Made by a program: the position numbers and the translations under genes | Notes under the pieces: generated by a model | What the model was told of the DNA's origin: nothing | Seen by the model: only the letters and a program-made list of their open reading frames with translations | Databases searched by the model: none | Shown here: positions 21,501-34,654 of the stretch, piece after piece | Layout of the letters: each line of letters opens with the position of its first letter | How positions within the stretch are numbered: position 1 is the first letter of the stretch | NCBI GenBank assembly: GCA_000146045.2 | Contig: BK006937.2 | Location: 224,001 to 288,000, forward strand | Source of the DNA: TPA_inf: Saccharomyces | Lineage: Eukaryota | Direction of reading: 5' to 3' | DNA: 64,000 nucleotides

Positions 21501-22583
21501 CATCCAAGGTGATAGCGGATAGAAAATTTTTTTTTGGAATATAGACTCGATGTTCTTTTCCTTCATCAATTGTTCTGCAAGAATCTTCATTTTGCAGTTC
21601 CATTGGGGCACACCATCAAAATCCTCTTGGCAATTATCCGAACTACTTATCGGTGAGAAACGGTTTATCCAGTCGTCCAACTCTTGCCTCCTCAACGTTA
21701 AGTTCGTTTTAAAGTTCAGCCAAGAATTCATTACGTCTATTCTAGCGGTAAATTCTGCAGTATTGGTGATTGGTTTATCCTTATACATTTTTTTCAAGTT
21801 AGGCCAATAAGAGACAACGCTGTGATATCTGTTCATGAGGTCTTGTAAGATGGCCTCCAGTGCATCCAGGCTCAATATCTTGCCCTGTGGAATTTGAAAC
21901 TTCATTATCTCTTCAAAAACGGAATCTGAACTATCTCTTAAATATGTAAGCGACTGTTCCATCTCTTGCATGGTCCTCCCATTCAGCCATGCCTTCAATT
22001 CGAGCCATATCTCATCTGAGAGCTCCTTATTTAACCCTGGTTTCTTGACTTGGTTAGCAATCCTCGTCTTTTCACCTTTAACAATATCTCCCTTCAGCAC
22101 TCTGGCCAGCATTGACTGCCATTTGAACCGTTCGGTCGCAATTTCATTCCAAGCTAGTTCATCACTGTCTGACCTCATTTTCCTGCAATAAGGTGTAGTG
22201 GAGAAAAACTTGACACCTGAGTGCAGGTCTTCATCAATTCTGTCGCCATTAGACAACCGAATAATTTCGTCATCACCGTCGTCTTCCTCGTAGCGGTTAG
22301 TGAGTTTTATGCCCCTCGTGTAGTAGTCATCTAAAGCGGTCTTTTTTAGCTTTTTCAAGTATAGCGATTCATTGAAAACGTATCGGTCCTTAAAAGTCAG
22401 CTGACTGGGGCCGTCGCTTATTGTTTCCGAGCCACCCAATGCTTTCAAATCAGATCTTGATAGTTTATGGCTGGAATGACTTGATAATCTCTTCACGAGC
22501 TTACTTGAGATGGTATGAGGAGCCAGAACTCTCCCGCCTTCAGCCGCTTTTTGTTGCTGTGTATTCAGTATATCCATCATCAT
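18588..22583 (-). CDS. SSK22: SSK22 (YCR073C), MAPKKK of the HOG pathway and SSK2 paralogue, 1331 aa
   Basis: C-terminal Ser/Thr kinase domain ([27 protein letters not shown]...[12 protein letters not shown]...DFGTA). The long N-terminal regulatory region is homologous to Ssk2. The third ATG was chosen to give 1331 aa. Confidence 0.88.
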   Translation of the reverse strand: MMMDILNTQQQKAAEGGRVLAPHTISSKLVKRLSSHSSHKLSRSDLKALGGSETISDGPSQLTFKDRYVFNESLYLKKLKKTALDDYYTRGIKLTNRYEEDDGDDEIIRLSNGDRIDEDLHSGVKFFSTTPYCRKMRSDSDELAWNEIATERFKWQSMLARVLKGDIVKGEKTRIANQVKKPGLNKELSDEIWLELKAWLNGRTMQEMEQSLTYLRDSSDSVFEEIMKFQIPQGKILSLDALEAILQDLMNRYHSVVSYWPNLKKMYKDKPITNTAEFTARIDVMNSWLNFKTNLTLRRQELDDWINRFSPISSSDNCQEDFDGVPQWNCKMKILAEQLMKEKNIESIFQKKIFYPLSPWMFKLKLHFIVYRETLTKMNIKYPYERLRSLLAFPVYLIKEVILTRLSYARKLKNPTMMMIDQMIDDFNAFIRLSVQLKYTLTKYCSNLPFDVDFDPTFENTVIEAIRYLFFLLNLKLIDSSKQNFKAPDLLLKYWDHLKNTGHYINGAETVIPNEFLKLTLRLVHKLQFYLLKQQNFPPTFANASEAEKWLSSIFENLGAMKRKLNRFSNILVKAFQNSAVYQINHNAQLVKKLKDAHYFLVYSGNTFESSGVYMFAAPELLGCDNDTILRILRNKSIGCDLVPKLDIGNNLNVYDITTKETDLNILVSKGEDSKGIPYYRVVANSSSDLDRHAHQSKKKNFSTDPFDQHLDEKNNEVFELEVALSSLGALVVLYPGEPVVWDGPVYKLPGNNLFASNEMDLGKIGNPNTLILLNQGSNYALTYQIDKFNQTVGDSVSFIEKRCSLNSIESSLQKINKAYYKLTYTVLNNYKGILGSFMKQCPGNELLNSIFMFGRDFGRSFLKYNAFSSKRKYVIIFLMVKLGMNWLKFLVEECDPTDQRTFRWCVLAMDFAMQMTSGYNILALNVKQFQELKERVSVCMSLLISHFDVMGARATEAENGMQQARLNIDTEENIDEEATLEINSRLRLEAIKTLEKTMKRNPRQMGKVLDATDQGNKYLLSLASSLSNVSMRWQKRSFIGGGTFGQVYSAINLENGEILAVKEIKIHDTTTMKKIFPLIKEEMTVLEMLNHPNIVQYYGVEVHRDKVNIFMEYCEGGSLASLLDHGRIEDEMVTQVYTFELLEGLAYLHQSGVVHRDIKPENILLDFNGIIKYVDFGTARTVVGSRTRTVRNAAVQDFGVETKSLNEMMGTPMYMAPETISGSAVKGKLGADDVWALGCVVLEMATGRRPWSNLDNEWAIMYHVAAGRIPQLPNRDEMTAAGRAFLERCLVQDPTMRATAVELLIDPWMIQIREIAFGNSEKDQVPILSS

Positions 22584-22962
22584 TTTCACCTACAAGGAAC
22601 TACCTTTTATAGCCACCCTAAGTAAAACAACATTAGCTTAGCATCCTCAATTCTTATCGTATGTTGTTGCTGCTATTTTTATCCTATTGTTCCTGGCATC
22701 GCTTTTTTACATAAGGTACCAAGGCAAGAGAAAAGACCCGCGAAATTTTCAATTCGAGACATAGGGTTAATACGAAATATGTTAAGGTCTAGTTTCCAAA
22801 AAATGAAGAAAATGTGATTAGACATCCTGGGGAAATTAGGTTTAAATAGGGCGGGCGCTACAGGGGTTTTCCTAACAAATTTCAATGATAATAGTGGCAT
22901 CATCATCGTCATATCCAGTGTAGGTATGGACTAGAACAGAAAGCAATTTGCAGCAAGACAAT

Positions 22963-23910
22963 ATGACTACGACGGTACCCAAGATATTCGCGTTTCACGA
23001 GTTTTCAGACGTGGCAGAGGCCGTAGCTGACCATGTAGTCCACGCGCAAGACGGTGCATTGGCTCCAAAGAACGAGAGGAAACACTCTGTTCCCAACATC
23101 AGCATGAATGCACTGGATATGACGAGAGAGGCCTCTTGCAAAAGCACAGCATCTGCCGCGGAAGGGAAAAGTGGTAGCAGTGGTAGTGGCAGTGGTAGCA
23201 GTAAGCCCAAAAAGGAGAAACGGTTCAAGATTGCTCTCTCCGGTGGGTCATTGATCGAAGTGCTACACGAAGGTCTGCTAAAACGAGACGATGTACGGTG
23301 GGGAGACTGGGACATTTACTTTGCAGACGAGAGACTTGTACCCTTCAGCTCGAATGAAAGCAATTATGGATGCGCCAAAAGGAAGATTTTGGACCTGATA
23401 GACACGGCGAAGTATGGAACTCCGAAGGTGTACCACATTGACGAGTCATTGATTGACGACCCGCAAGAATGCGCTGATAACTATGAAAAGGTGCTAATCC
23501 GCGGGTTTGCCGGTAGAGATTCCGTCAAACTTCCGATGTTCGACTTGTTCCTGCTTGGTTGTGCCCCCGATGGTCATATCGCATCACTCTTCCCTAACTT
23601 CCAGGACAATCTACGTGAGAAACTTGCATGGGTGGTGCCCGTGGAGAACGCTCCTAGTGGGCCCTCGACCAGAATTTCGCTGACTATACCTGTAATCTGC
23701 CATTCTCACAGGGTTACTTTCGTTGTCGAAGGTGCAACCAAGGCGCCCATCATCAAGACCATTATGGAAAGGCCTGAAAAGGGCCTACCTAGCAGTATTG
23801 TCAACGAAGGTGCTGCTGGTCGTGTATCATGGTTTGTTGACGACGATGCTCTTACGGACGTCCTCGTCACCAAAAAAAAGTATAAATTCCACCAAGGTTT
23901 GTCTATTTAA
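22963..23910 (+). CDS. SOL2: SOL2 (YCR073W-A), 6-phosphogluconolactonase-like protein, 315 aa
   Basis: Glucosamine-6-P isomerase/6PGL fold (FKIALSGGSLIEVLHEGLLKRDDVRWGDWDIYFADERLVP...LGCAPDGHIASLFP). Confidence 0.9.
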   Translation: MTTTVPKIFAFHEFSDVAEAVADHVVHAQDGALAPKNERKHSVPNISMNALDMTREASCKSTASAAEGKSGSSGSGSGSSKPKKEKRFKIALSGGSLIEVLHEGLLKRDDVRWGDWDIYFADERLVPFSSNESNYGCAKRKILDLIDTAKYGTPKVYHIDESLIDDPQECADNYEKVLIRGFAGRDSVKLPMFDLFLLGCAPDGHIASLFPNFQDNLREKLAWVVPVENAPSGPSTRISLTIPVICHSHRVTFVVEGATKAPIIKTIMERPEKGLPSSIVNEGAAGRVSWFVDDDALTDVLVTKKKYKFHQGLSI

Positions 23911-23920
23911 ACCATGCATG

Positions 23921-24003
23921 TGTGTACATACATACATACACACATACATACATACATACATATATTTATGTATATTTATGTATATATATATATATATATA
24001 TAT
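23921..24003. repeat. Compound microsatellite (CATA)n-(TTTATGTATA)2-(TA)n between the SOL2 stop and the ERS1 3' end
   Basis: catacatacatacacacatacatacatacatacatatatttatgtatatttatgtatatatatatatatatatata read directly. Confidence 0.9.
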
Positions 24004-24032
24004 GCGTAATTATGCAGATTTCTCCTTGTGTG

Positions 24033-24815
24033 CTACAGCGGGTACTCTGACGCCAGATCATGGCCTCGAGATCGATATACAAACCACTGCATGATAAAGA
24101 TGAAGTTGAATATTAAAGTTACCATTGACAGTCCCACTTTTCCAAAATTTGTCACGAACGTATCCAGACTGAAACCTTGATCGTTAGACAACTGCCAAAT
24201 CAATTGGAGCAGCGAGGCGATACCGCCAGTGACATCTAGAAACACACCCTGAATGGGGAAACAATCCATAGATTTTCTTGTCGAGTTATGCGTCACTTGT
24301 GGGATGTACTTGATTAGTGACATCGATATTTTGAGTAAAAACAAATTGTTGCAATACGCCAGAGTTCTTGAGTTATGCCAATCGTACCAGTAGTTGGAGT
24401 ACATAAATTGTACGGTTAGCAGTGAAAAAATGGCCAGTGATGCGAGTAAAATCCTTAGGTACCATGGATTCATCTTGCGGTGACCTTTACCTGGAAATCG
24501 CCAGATTCTCGCTCCAGCTACCACCTGGGTCAATAAGACAACATTCATCAAGCACCCATGCAGGCAATACCAGAAATCAAATTGCGTCAACTTGGGCCTG
24601 CCCAAGTCAGACTCATCACCCGTCATTTTCCAGCAGTACAATTGCAAAAATATGGATATGACCAGGTAAGAGTAACCTGCCGTATTTAACATGACAAAAT
24701 CCATCGATATCGCGCTCGCTGACTTATGGCGCCAATTGGTGATTATCGGTGGATACATCGATATCGACCATGACGTAACATACACGATACCTAGTATATC
24801 GTCTAACGACACCAT
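24033..24815 (-). CDS. ERS1: ERS1 (YCR075C), PQ-loop cystinosin-family transporter, 260 aa
   Basis: 7-TM protein with PQ-loop motifs. The size matches ERS1. Confidence 0.9.
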   Translation of the reverse strand: MVSLDDILGIVYVTSWSISMYPPIITNWRHKSASAISMDFVMLNTAGYSYLVISIFLQLYCWKMTGDESDLGRPKLTQFDFWYCLHGCLMNVVLLTQVVAGARIWRFPGKGHRKMNPWYLRILLASLAIFSLLTVQFMYSNYWYDWHNSRTLAYCNNLFLLKISMSLIKYIPQVTHNSTRKSMDCFPIQGVFLDVTGGIASLLQLIWQLSNDQGFSLDTFVTNFGKVGLSMVTLIFNFIFIMQWFVYRSRGHDLASEYPL

Positions 24816-24974
24816 TTTGCTTCGCGTTTGCTTTTGTTTGCTTTTAGTTTTTCTTCCCTTGTTTACATATGGAAACTCACCTTAAAATTTCAAGATTATC
24901 AAAAAATATAAAGGATTCCGCTATTAAAGGGCAATACCACAACCTCAAACCAAATCACCTAAACCAAATCAAAG

Positions 24975-25202
24975 ATGGAAGCGGAAAAACAATCTGATAT
25001 TAAGGGAACCATTGCTTTCGATACTCACGGTAACGTTATAGAGTCTACCGGCGTGGGCAGTCAAAGGATCGAAGATATCGGTGATTTATCGAAAGTTACG
25101 CTGGATGCAGAAGGTTTTGCTCAAGTTCAAGGAGATTCGCTACTCGTACACCTGTACAAACGCAATGATATCACTTTAGCTGTATATACCAGCGCTCAAT
25201 AA
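24975..25202 (+). CDS. EGO2: EGO2 (YCR075W-A), small Roadblock-like subunit of the EGO/Ragulator-like complex, 75 aa
   Basis: 75-aa ORF MEAEKQSDIKGTIAFDTHGNVIESTGVGSQ...LLVHLYKRNDITLAVYTSAQ, recognised as EGO2. Confidence 0.8.
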   Translation: MEAEKQSDIKGTIAFDTHGNVIESTGVGSQRIEDIGDLSKVTLDAEGFAQVQGDSLLVHLYKRNDITLAVYTSAQ

Positions 25203-25292
25203 ATTCTTTCCTTCCCTTTCGACATAGCTATGTCTGTATACTATCTAAAAACTAAATATCACAATAAACAAAGTACTAAAATAAACACCCAT

Positions 25293-26045
25293 TTAAATAA
25301 AGCCAGATCCTGACCCTCCAAATCCGCCGGATCCTGAACCTCCAAATCCGCCAGATCCAGGACCAAATGGTTCGTCGTACTTGGATCCAGGCATCCATCC
25401 TGGCGGCATATCTTCCCGTCTTGGGGCAGGTCTTCTATTTGGATCGAAAATCATACCGCCTTGGCTACTTGGATTCCCCAGAGGATTGGGAAGCCCTCCA
25501 GACCAATCCGGATGGCTTGTGCCAACAGGATACAGATCACCATCCGCATACCCTCCTGCTGGGTTAGCGAAGCTCGGTTCAGTTACCGTAAGTCCGGGAT
25601 ATGGGTTCAACGGTGCTGTTCCCTGGTTTTGTCTTGCTTGTGCCTGGTACTCATCGTCAAATTTTGGCATGTCCGCACTACCTGCAGTTTGTCTTTTAAG
25701 TTGTGTCATTATAGGTTTCAGGTCTGGCTCCACAGGTAAGCTTTCTCTTTCTAGTGGCCATTTCAATTCTGTGGGCAATTTAAAATCGCTGTAACCCACC
25801 ACACATGCCATGGTGATCGACGTACCATGACGAATAACAACAGTATACTTGTCATTGTCATCCAGAGTCTGAATCACCACTAGCTCAGAGAGAAACGATG
25901 TTGAACCCTTCTCACTGGGAGAATCTTTAATGCGAAAACTCACTTGGCATGATTTGGTTCCCTCTGTATGGCGTGACACCACCTCAGTTTTACCGATGGA
26001 CTCCAACACTAGTTCTGCTACCAGTTCAACCTTATTCTCAATCAT
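25293..26045 (-). CDS. FUB1: FUB1 (YCR076C), PI31-like proteasome-interacting protein, 250 aa
   Basis: PI31-like N-terminal domain and a Gly/Pro-rich C-terminus (GGFGGSGSGGFGGSGSGFI). Confidence 0.85.
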   Translation of the reverse strand: MIENKVELVAELVLESIGKTEVVSRHTEGTKSCQVSFRIKDSPSEKGSTSFLSELVVIQTLDDNDKYTVVIRHGTSITMACVVGYSDFKLPTELKWPLERESLPVEPDLKPIMTQLKRQTAGSADMPKFDDEYQAQARQNQGTAPLNPYPGLTVTEPSFANPAGGYADGDLYPVGTSHPDWSGGLPNPLGNPSSQGGMIFDPNRRPAPRREDMPPGWMPGSKYDEPFGPGSGGFGGSGSGGFGGSGSGFI

Positions 26046-26237
26046 TGTTTAACTCTTGCGTTACTATGGTGGTATTATTGATGCTAATACGGGTTTTTTA
26101 TGAAAAAAAAAGGATAACAAACTTATATAAACTTATATAAAAACATATACAATAAATGATCTACAAAGGGTAGGAAATAAAAAATAAGGGAGAAAAAAAA
26201 ATACATGCGTAAGTACATTAAAATTACAGGAAAAATC

Positions 26238-28628
26238 TTACTTTAGTTCTGATATTTCACCATCGCGATACACCAACCCCATAACGTTTAGGAACAAATT
26301 CAAATCTTGGTATAGTTTCTCTTTATTATAAATAATAGATTTTAACTCTGTGTCTAATTCTTGAGACCTCTGAGGTAATACACTCAATTCTTTCTCTTTC
26401 TTTTGTAAGGTCTCCGCCTCGTTAATAGTGGCAAAGATTTCATCACGTACTTCATCAATAATGATTCTCTGGTGGTTTAGCTTTCCACTTAGTGCTAAAC
26501 TAGCTAGGAACTGCCAAATGTATGCTTCATCCATAAACTTGTCATTTTGTAAACGCATGATGTGGTCGTTATATTCCCTTGGAGGGAAAATCAGCTGAAT
26601 CTTACTTTCCAATGAAGTGAATAATTTATCATAAATCTCATTCCATGTGGAGATTTCAGGAGAGGAAAGAATATTAGATCTTGATGAATCTTGCTTGATT
26701 AATGCGGCACGAGAAATCAAAATGGTGATCAAATTTAGACCAATTTTGGAGGTGGTCAAGAACGAAACGTTGTTGTTTCTGATTAACTGTAGCAACAGAC
26801 CCATAATTTCGATAAAATTGGAGTTATTAGACAAAAACGAGACAATGATCTTTAATATGATCATTTGGAACAGATCGACTTTCTTCAATTGTGTCAAAGT
26901 TGGTTTTGGTGTAGTCTTGTAGGAACTCAATATGATGATTTGCAAGTGTGATAATTCATTGAAGATTTTTTGCAGGATTTTCAATTTTTGCTGCTTATCC
27001 AAGAAATTAAAAATTCTAGGCATAATCTTGATACCTTTATCAAATGATAGCATCGAAATGAAAGGGTTTACGTCATATGAACTGTCGTCGATGTGAAGGG
27101 CCTCCCACATTGCAGTGCTGTCAGTTTGCTGGCCATTCCTCAAGTTAGCTTCCAAGTCTAAAATCTCTTCATAAACTGTTTCAATTAACTCAAGAATGAA
27201 TTTTTTGCCCCCAGATTTGTTCAAATTTGTGGCACCATTACCGTTGTTGAACGCGTATGAAGATCTTCTTCTTTGCTTAGAAGCAACAGCAGCGGCAGAA
27301 GAGCCCGTAGAGGAGGACCCTGAAGAGGCCAAGTCCACGTTGGTCAGAGAGTCAGTGACGTCTTTTAGCGCATCGGGGTCAGAAGGCTGTTGTCTGGGGA
27401 TCTGCAGTTGTCTTCTTGGATTCTTGCTGTTCAAAGTGGAAGAGATTTTGCCCAGAACCGTGTTTGCTTGCTTATTATCCTGGCTAGAGTTACCAGCAGC
27501 CGCTTGTTGATCCTTCAACTTAGAAGGTCTTTCCTTAGCCACAGTGACAGCCTTTTCTACTTGACTTTGCATTCTCTGTAGGGCAATATCGGTTCTCTTA
27601 TAGCGACCACCGAGTCTGTGTCCAGAATGTTCCAAATACGCCCTAGCAATCAAACCTTTGTTGGATTCGGACGTGATACCGCCTCTTTGGATAATCTTGT
27701 AGACCTGGAAGTAGAAATCCTCATTGTAAGGGTCCTCAGTGACAATTTGAGACAACTGATATCTGGTGATGAAGTCCTTATCACGAGGAGTCATTAAACC
27801 TGAGTATTTCAAGATTTTCTCCACTTTGGCATGACGAATCTGCAAACGTCTTTGCTCTTCAGGCGACAAATCTCTCTTCGATCTGCGTCCACTTTGCAGA
27901 GGCATTTTAGTTGCGCCAACCACAGGGCCTGGAGAAGGAGTGTTGGACATACCGATGGGTGAAGGCGAAGCTTGAACTGGAACTTGTACAGGACCCATTG
28001 GCATTTGATTCATATTCACATTAACGCCAGGAGGTGGAGGTGGAGGCGCAAATTGTGAGGGACCTGGTTGACCCGACGCAGGCTGCATTGGAAATTGCTG
28101 CTGAGGCGGACCCTGTGGGAGACCCTGTGGATGACCCATGGCGTGGAAATTCATAAACTGTTGCTGCATTTGACGTTGTTGTCTTTCCAAGTCTTGCATC
28201 GACAAGATTGGCTGTAGGGGGGCCATTTGCTGCGGAGCAGGAGCCGGAGCCATTGTACTTTGGGGTGAAGGCGCCATTGCTGGAGGTGGTGCAGTAGACC
28301 ACAAAGATTCCATTGGCTTCAGGTCTAGAGGTCCTGCTGCTGCCGTTCCATCGGTCCTAGGGCCGCTAATTCCTTCTGCAGTAGCTGCAACATATGATCT
28401 AGCCGTGGCACCGACGCCATTACCACCAATTGCGTTGCCGCTGCTGCCGCTGCTGTGAGGATTTCCAAAATCAAAGTCGGTACCAACCTGAACATTATCA
28501 CCAAATGTTTCGTCGTTCAAATAGTCGTTCTCCTCAAGTTCGTGCTCGCCATAGCCCTTGTAACTCTCTTCAAAGTCCAGAGGACCATCCCGCGCATTAC
28601 CGCTATTTTCTAACCCAAAGAAGGACAT
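26238..28628 (-). CDS. PAT1: PAT1 (YCR077C), mRNA decapping activator / Lsm1-7 partner, 796 aa
   Basis: 796-aa ORF with a Q/P-rich middle region (PQQQFPMQPASGQPGPSQFAPPPPPPG) and a helical C-terminal domain. The N-terminal DFDF-like FGDNVQVGTDFDFGN motif is present. Confidence 0.93.
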   Translation of the reverse strand: MSFFGLENSGNARDGPLDFEESYKGYGEHELEENDYLNDETFGDNVQVGTDFDFGNPHSSGSSGNAIGGNGVGATARSYVAATAEGISGPRTDGTAAAGPLDLKPMESLWSTAPPPAMAPSPQSTMAPAPAPQQMAPLQPILSMQDLERQQRQMQQQFMNFHAMGHPQGLPQGPPQQQFPMQPASGQPGPSQFAPPPPPPGVNVNMNQMPMGPVQVPVQASPSPIGMSNTPSPGPVVGATKMPLQSGRRSKRDLSPEEQRRLQIRHAKVEKILKYSGLMTPRDKDFITRYQLSQIVTEDPYNEDFYFQVYKIIQRGGITSESNKGLIARAYLEHSGHRLGGRYKRTDIALQRMQSQVEKAVTVAKERPSKLKDQQAAAGNSSQDNKQANTVLGKISSTLNSKNPRRQLQIPRQQPSDPDALKDVTDSLTNVDLASSGSSSTGSSAAAVASKQRRRSSYAFNNGNGATNLNKSGGKKFILELIETVYEEILDLEANLRNGQQTDSTAMWEALHIDDSSYDVNPFISMLSFDKGIKIMPRIFNFLDKQQKLKILQKIFNELSHLQIIILSSYKTTPKPTLTQLKKVDLFQMIILKIIVSFLSNNSNFIEIMGLLLQLIRNNNVSFLTTSKIGLNLITILISRAALIKQDSSRSNILSSPEISTWNEIYDKLFTSLESKIQLIFPPREYNDHIMRLQNDKFMDEAYIWQFLASLALSGKLNHQRIIIDEVRDEIFATINEAETLQKKEKELSVLPQRSQELDTELKSIIYNKEKLYQDLNLFLNVMGLVYRDGEISELK

Positions 28629-28844
28629 TGCTAGTGCTTCTTGCTGCTCTTACTTCCGGTTAAAACCTTTGCTTCCTTCAAGGTGTACATGTTTCTTTTC
28701 ATTCACCTTGTTTCTTTCTTTAAAAAGAGGAAGAGGAAAAAAAAAATTTCGTGTAATGCGAGAAGAACAAATAGGGAAGTGATAACAATAGTATCAATAA
28801 CAGGCTGCAATCGGGGCAATTAAGCATCAGAAGAGGGGAATTTG

Positions 28845-30173
28845 ATGCGGCTGGGGAATGCTTATGCGTATTGCAAGCCGTCGCAAAATGTTGGGCTGAA
28901 GCTGGACTTGTTACGGGGTCTTCCAGGGTACGTGGGTCACGCCACGAGTAGGATCAACCGGTTAGAGAACCAGGACAATTACTCCATTAAAATGATGCGG
29001 TCGTGGCCTAATGCGTATGGAAGTGCCCTGAACTGCTCTGTATTCGATGGCCATGGGGAGAAAGGTGCGCAACTGTCACAGTTGTTAGCCGATAAATTGT
29101 GCAGTAGCCTGGATTTCCCTGAACCCTCCTGGGACAAGCAGGACTTGAAGAAGTTGGTACAGGAATATGCAAGAAGGTTTCCCGAGGGAAATTACTGGAA
29201 ACATAAGCTGTCCACGTTTGAAAAATTCTACAACAAGTTTATAAAGAACTGCAACTCGAAACAAGAACTGCTGCTGATGAAGGAGGGCGATAGTGCGATC
29301 CTTGGACAAAATGGTGGCAGGATGATTTTTGATAAAATGGGGAATATTATTGACAAAATTGCACTGCTCACTGAGCTAGACCGTCTGCGATTGTTCTACG
29401 GGTTTGCCAGGTTCGATCTCGACCAATGCTGCGGCCTGGGCACCGCAGCGGGGTCCACAGCGTCGTCCATATTTCTATATCCGTATGATGATCCGAATGC
29501 ACCCATTGATGAGGGGAAAGACGATGACTCGTGGATCATATCGCACTCTGGATTGCTCAAACTCATTGTCACGCAGGTGGGCGACTCTAAGATCATCCTC
29601 TGCGATCAAGACGGGATTGCACACGCATTAACAACAACTCACCACATCAATTCCAGTAGGGAACGACACCGTTTGAGCATAGACCCTTCTCGATTGGACC
29701 CAGACGCCTTTGGAGAGACAAGGTTTTTGAATAATTTCGCCAACACTAGATCGTTTGGTGATGTCGCTGGGAAACCGTATGGTATATCTAGTGAGCCGGA
29801 TATTTTCTCGTTTCTTGTCGGAAATACCTTGCATTTGCCGCGATCTGAAAGGTCGAAGCTGCCCTTCAATGGTGATGAATGCTTCCTGGCGCTTGTCACC
29901 GACGGCATCACCAATAAACTTGCAGACCAAGAGGTTGTTGACCTCATCACCTCTACGGTGAACTCCTGGGGACTGAAAAAGGCGACTCCTCAATTTGTTG
30001 CAGAGGAGACAATCAAATTTATTCAGGCAATAGCCACTAAACACTCAGACAACGCCACTTGCGTGGTGGTTAGGCTTTCCAATTGGGGCAACTGGCCCAA
30101 TGTTGACAGAACTGGCCCCCAAAGAGAAACCAAACTAATGAATGCACAATCTAACGAAACAAAATTAAACTAA
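28845..30173 (+). CDS. PTC6: PTC6 (YCR079W), mitochondrial PP2C-type phosphatase, 442 aa
   Basis: PP2C motifs ([17 protein letters not shown]...; [19 protein letters not shown]). The second ATG was chosen to give 442 aa. Confidence 0.85.
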
Positions 30174-30370
30174 ACACCCCCCTGGGTGGAAACAAGTCCT
30201 AGATAATCATCTTTTGTATTTTTTTTCTTCCTTTTATTAGTATGTATACATATATATTACTTTTTATATTCTTTATAGCGCATTTTAAACACCTTTCTGA
30301 AAAAATGCTGAGATTTTTGATGCTAATCGAAAGATTAAAAAAAGGTCTATAGAGGTAAGCCAATAACGCG

Positions 30371-33300
30371 ATGAATAACGGTTCTGGTCGATACTTGCTG
30401 ACTCCCCCAGATGATCTTCACCCCTATGTGCCAAGCTCGAAACCTCAGGAACAAGTATACCCTGATTTCAAGCCTTGGGAGCACACTGCAGCAGAAGATC
30501 AAATCCTAGCAAACTTTGTGGCTAAGGGCTTTTACCATACACCAATGGTAAATTTCGAGTCCATATCTGCGAGATCATCTGTTCATGAATCATTAGTCAC
30601 TCAATCCAACATTCTTTCCCAGCAATTCGACAAAATTATCAAGATTAGAGAAGACCACATTAATAAGATCCCCTCAAATTCCACGACGACATTACACGGG
30701 CCTGGTTTTCAGTTGCCTAATAGAATAACCCTTACTGATCATAGAAAGGAAACGTGGTTGCATGAATTGAGTTCGTCTCACACTTCGCTGGTCAAAATTG
30801 GCAAGTTTATACCTCACGGCTTGAAAAGAAGGCAAGTCATCGAGCAGTGCTATTTAAAATTTATACCATTGAAAAGGGCGATTTGGTTGATAAAGTGCTG
30901 CTATTTTATCGAATGGAAATCGAACCACAAAAAGAAGAGGTCAAATGCTGCTGGGGCAGATGATGCCATTTCCATGCACCTGCTAAAGGACTGGACGGAT
31001 ACCTTTGTATACATCCTGGAAAAGCTCATCTTTGATATGACAAATCACTATAACGATTCTCAACAACTGCGTACGTGGAAGAGGCAGATTTCTTATTTTT
31101 TAAAACTTTTGGGGAATTGCTACTCACTAAGATTGATCAATAAGGAAATCTTTCATCATTGGCTTGTAGAGTTTATAAATAAGATGGAAAACTTCGAATT
31201 TTTGCCATTATCTTTACATATTTTGATGATTTTTTGGAACGACATCTGCCAAATTGATACAAATGCTCCTGTTGCGGCTACAATAACATCAAGTCAAAAA
31301 GAGCCCTTCTTTCTGGTAACAAAAATCACTGATATGCTATTGCACAAATATTATATTGTTTCCAGCAGCAAATCAATGATAAATGACGAGAACTACATCA
31401 TCAATGATATAAAGAAAAACAACAAGATAAAGTTGAATATTCTCAAAATATTATCCAGTTTAATTTTGAAAATTTTTCAAGAACAATCTTTAGAGGTGTT
31501 TATATTTCCCACATCTAACTGGGAAATTTACAAGCCCTTACTTTTTGAAATAGTCTCAAACGCCGACACTAATCAAAATTCTGATATGAAGAAAAAATTA
31601 GAGTTAATTAGTTACAGAAACGAGTCATTGAAGAATAATTCTTCTATACGAAACGTAATAATGTCTGCCAGCAACGCAAATGACTTTCAATTAACTATCG
31701 TCACCTGTAAACAATTTCCAAAACTATCATGCATTCAATTAAATTGTATAGATACTCAGTTCACCAAGCTACTGGACGATAACCCTACAGAATTCGATTG
31801 GCCCACTTACGTTGACCAAAATCCCCTTACAATGCATAAAATTATTCAATTAATTCTCTGGTCCATACATCCATCAAGGCAATTTGATCACTATGAATCT
31901 AATCAACTGGTAGCGAAATTATTACTATTGCGAATAAATTCAACAGATGAGGATTTGCACGAATTCCAGATAGAAGATGCCATTTGGTCATTGGTTTTCC
32001 AATTAGCCAAAAATTTTTCGGCCCAAAAGAGGGTGGTATCATATATGATGCCTTCTTTGTATCGCCTGCTTAATATACTAATTACTTATGGCATCATTAA
32101 GGTCCCTACGTATATCAGAAAGCTAATCAGTTCCGGCCTACTTTATCTCCAAGATTCCAATGATAAGTTTGTGCATGTCCAGCTGTTAATTAACTTGAAA
32201 ATTTCACCGTTGATGAAAAGTCAATACAATATGGTATTGAGGAACGTTATGGAATATGACGTTAAATTTTATGAAATTTTTAATTTCGACCAACTCGTGG
32301 AAATCACAGAACAAATCAAAATGCGAATACTCTCCAATGATATAACTAATTTGCAACTGTCGAAAACTCCTCTGAGCATTAAAATCATGGTTGCAGAATG
32401 GTACTTATCACATTTATGTTCCGGTATTTTATCTAGTGTTAACCGCACAGTGTTGCTAAAAATATTCAAGATTTTTTGTATCGATCTGGAGGTTTTCCAC
32501 CACTTTTTTAAGTGGATCGAGTTTATTGTCTACCATCAATTGCTAAGTGATATAGAATCTCTGGAGGCATTGATGGACATCTTGCTATGCTACCAAAAAT
32601 TGTTCTCACAATTCATTAATGACCATATTCTTTTTACGAAGACGTTCATATTCATTTACAAGAAAGTTTTGAAAGAAAAAGACGTGCCTGCTTATAATGT
32701 GACTTCATTTATGCCATTCTGGAAATTTTTTATGAAAAACTTCCCTTTTGTTTTAAAGGTGGATAACGATTTAAGGATTGAGTTACAATCTGTTTACAAT
32801 GATGAGAAATTGAAAACTGAGAAGCTGAAGAATGATAAATCAGAAGTCTTGAAGGTGTATTCCATGATCAATAATTCAAACCAAGCTGTTGGACAGACTT
32901 GGAATTTTCCCGAGGTGTTTCAAGTAAACATCAGGTTTCTACTACACAACTCCGAGATCATTGATACAAATACAAGCAAACAGTTCCAGAAAGCACGAAA
33001 CAATGTCATGCTTTTGATTGCCACTAACTTGAAGGAGTACAATAAATTTATGTCCATTTTCTTGAAAAGGAAAGACTTTACTAACAAAAATTTAATTCAA
33101 TTGATCTCTCTAAAACTTCTAACTTTTGAAGTGACGCAGAATGTGTTGGGGCTCGAGTATATTATTCGATTATTACCAATAAACTTGGAAAATAATGACG
33201 GCTCATATGGTCTGTTTTTGAAGTATCATAAAGAACAATTCATAAAGTCAAATTTTGAGAAAATTTTACTTACATGTTATGAATTAGAAAAAAAATATCA

Positions 33301-34654
33301 TGGCAACGAATGTGAAATAAATTATTATGAGATCCTATTGAAAATTTTAATAACTTATGGGTCATCTCCCAAATTACTTGCAACATCTACAAAAATCATT
33401 ATGTTGTTATTGAATGATAGCGTGGAAAACTCATCTAATATTTTGGAGGATATTTTGTACTACTCAACTTGTCCGTCGGAAACCGATCTTAACGATATTC
33501 CATTGGGTAGTGGACAACCAGACAATGACACTGTTGTAACCAACGATGATAAAAGTGACGATGATGATCACACAGTCGACGAAATTGATCATGTAGAATA
33601 TTACGTTATGATGGACTTTGCCAATCTTTGGGTTTTCCAAGCGTTTACCTGTTTCTGCATCAAAAAAATCATGGAGAATAATGAGCCAGCAATGGCAATG
33701 GAAGACTTGAAGAACTTCATATTCCAAATTATCGAAATAACTAATTCTAATGATTTATGTTCACAAATATTTGACCAACTGAAGGATATGCAGACCATTG
33801 AGATGATAACCCAAATAGTGGAGAAAGATTTCTGCACTTCTTGTTTGCAAAACAACAACCAAAAGATAGATGATAATTACATCGTTGTGGTGATCGAGAT
33901 TATAACGTCATTATCGATGAGGTTTCAAAGAGAAACTTCTGGTATGATAGTTATTTCCATGGAGAACTATCATTTACTAATAAAGATCATAAGACAATTA
34001 AGTGAACTGAACGAAGGAAATTTATCTAAGAGAGAAATCCAAATAGATGCCGTCTTGAAAATTTTTAGCTTTCATCAGGATTCCATTTTCCAACGCATCA
34101 TCGCTGATTTATCAGCTGATAAACCCACAAGTCCATTCATTGATAGCATATGCAAGCTGTTTGATAAAATATCATTTAATTTAAGATTGAAGCTGTTCTT
34201 GTACGAAATTTTGTCTTCATTGAAATCATTCGCCATCTATTCATCCACAATTGATGCCCCAGCATTCCACACAAGCGGTAAGGTCGAACTACCGAAGAAA
34301 TTGCTGAACTTACCACCATTCCAAGTGTCCTCTTTCGTTAAGGAAACAAAACTTCATAGTGGCGACTACGGGGAAGAAGAAGATGCAGACCAAGAAGAAT
34401 CGTTTAGTTTAAATTTAGGAATCGGCATAGTTGAAATAGCGCACGAAAACGAACAGAAATGGCTCATTTATGACAAGAAAGATCATAAATATGTCTGCAC
34501 ATTTTCCATGGAGCCGTACCACTTCATCTCCAACTATAATACCAAGTACACAGATGACATGGCTACAGGCAGTAATGATACGACTGCGTTTAACGATTCC
34601 TGTGTAAACCTGAGTCTTTTTGATGCTCGGTTTGAGAGGAAAAATCCACATTGA
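30371..34654 (+). CDS. SRB8: SRB8 (YCR081W), Mediator kinase-module subunit Med12, 1427 aa
   Basis: 1427-aa ORF. The N-terminal Med12 domain ([13 protein letters not shown]...[28 protein letters not shown]) was recognised. Confidence 0.93.
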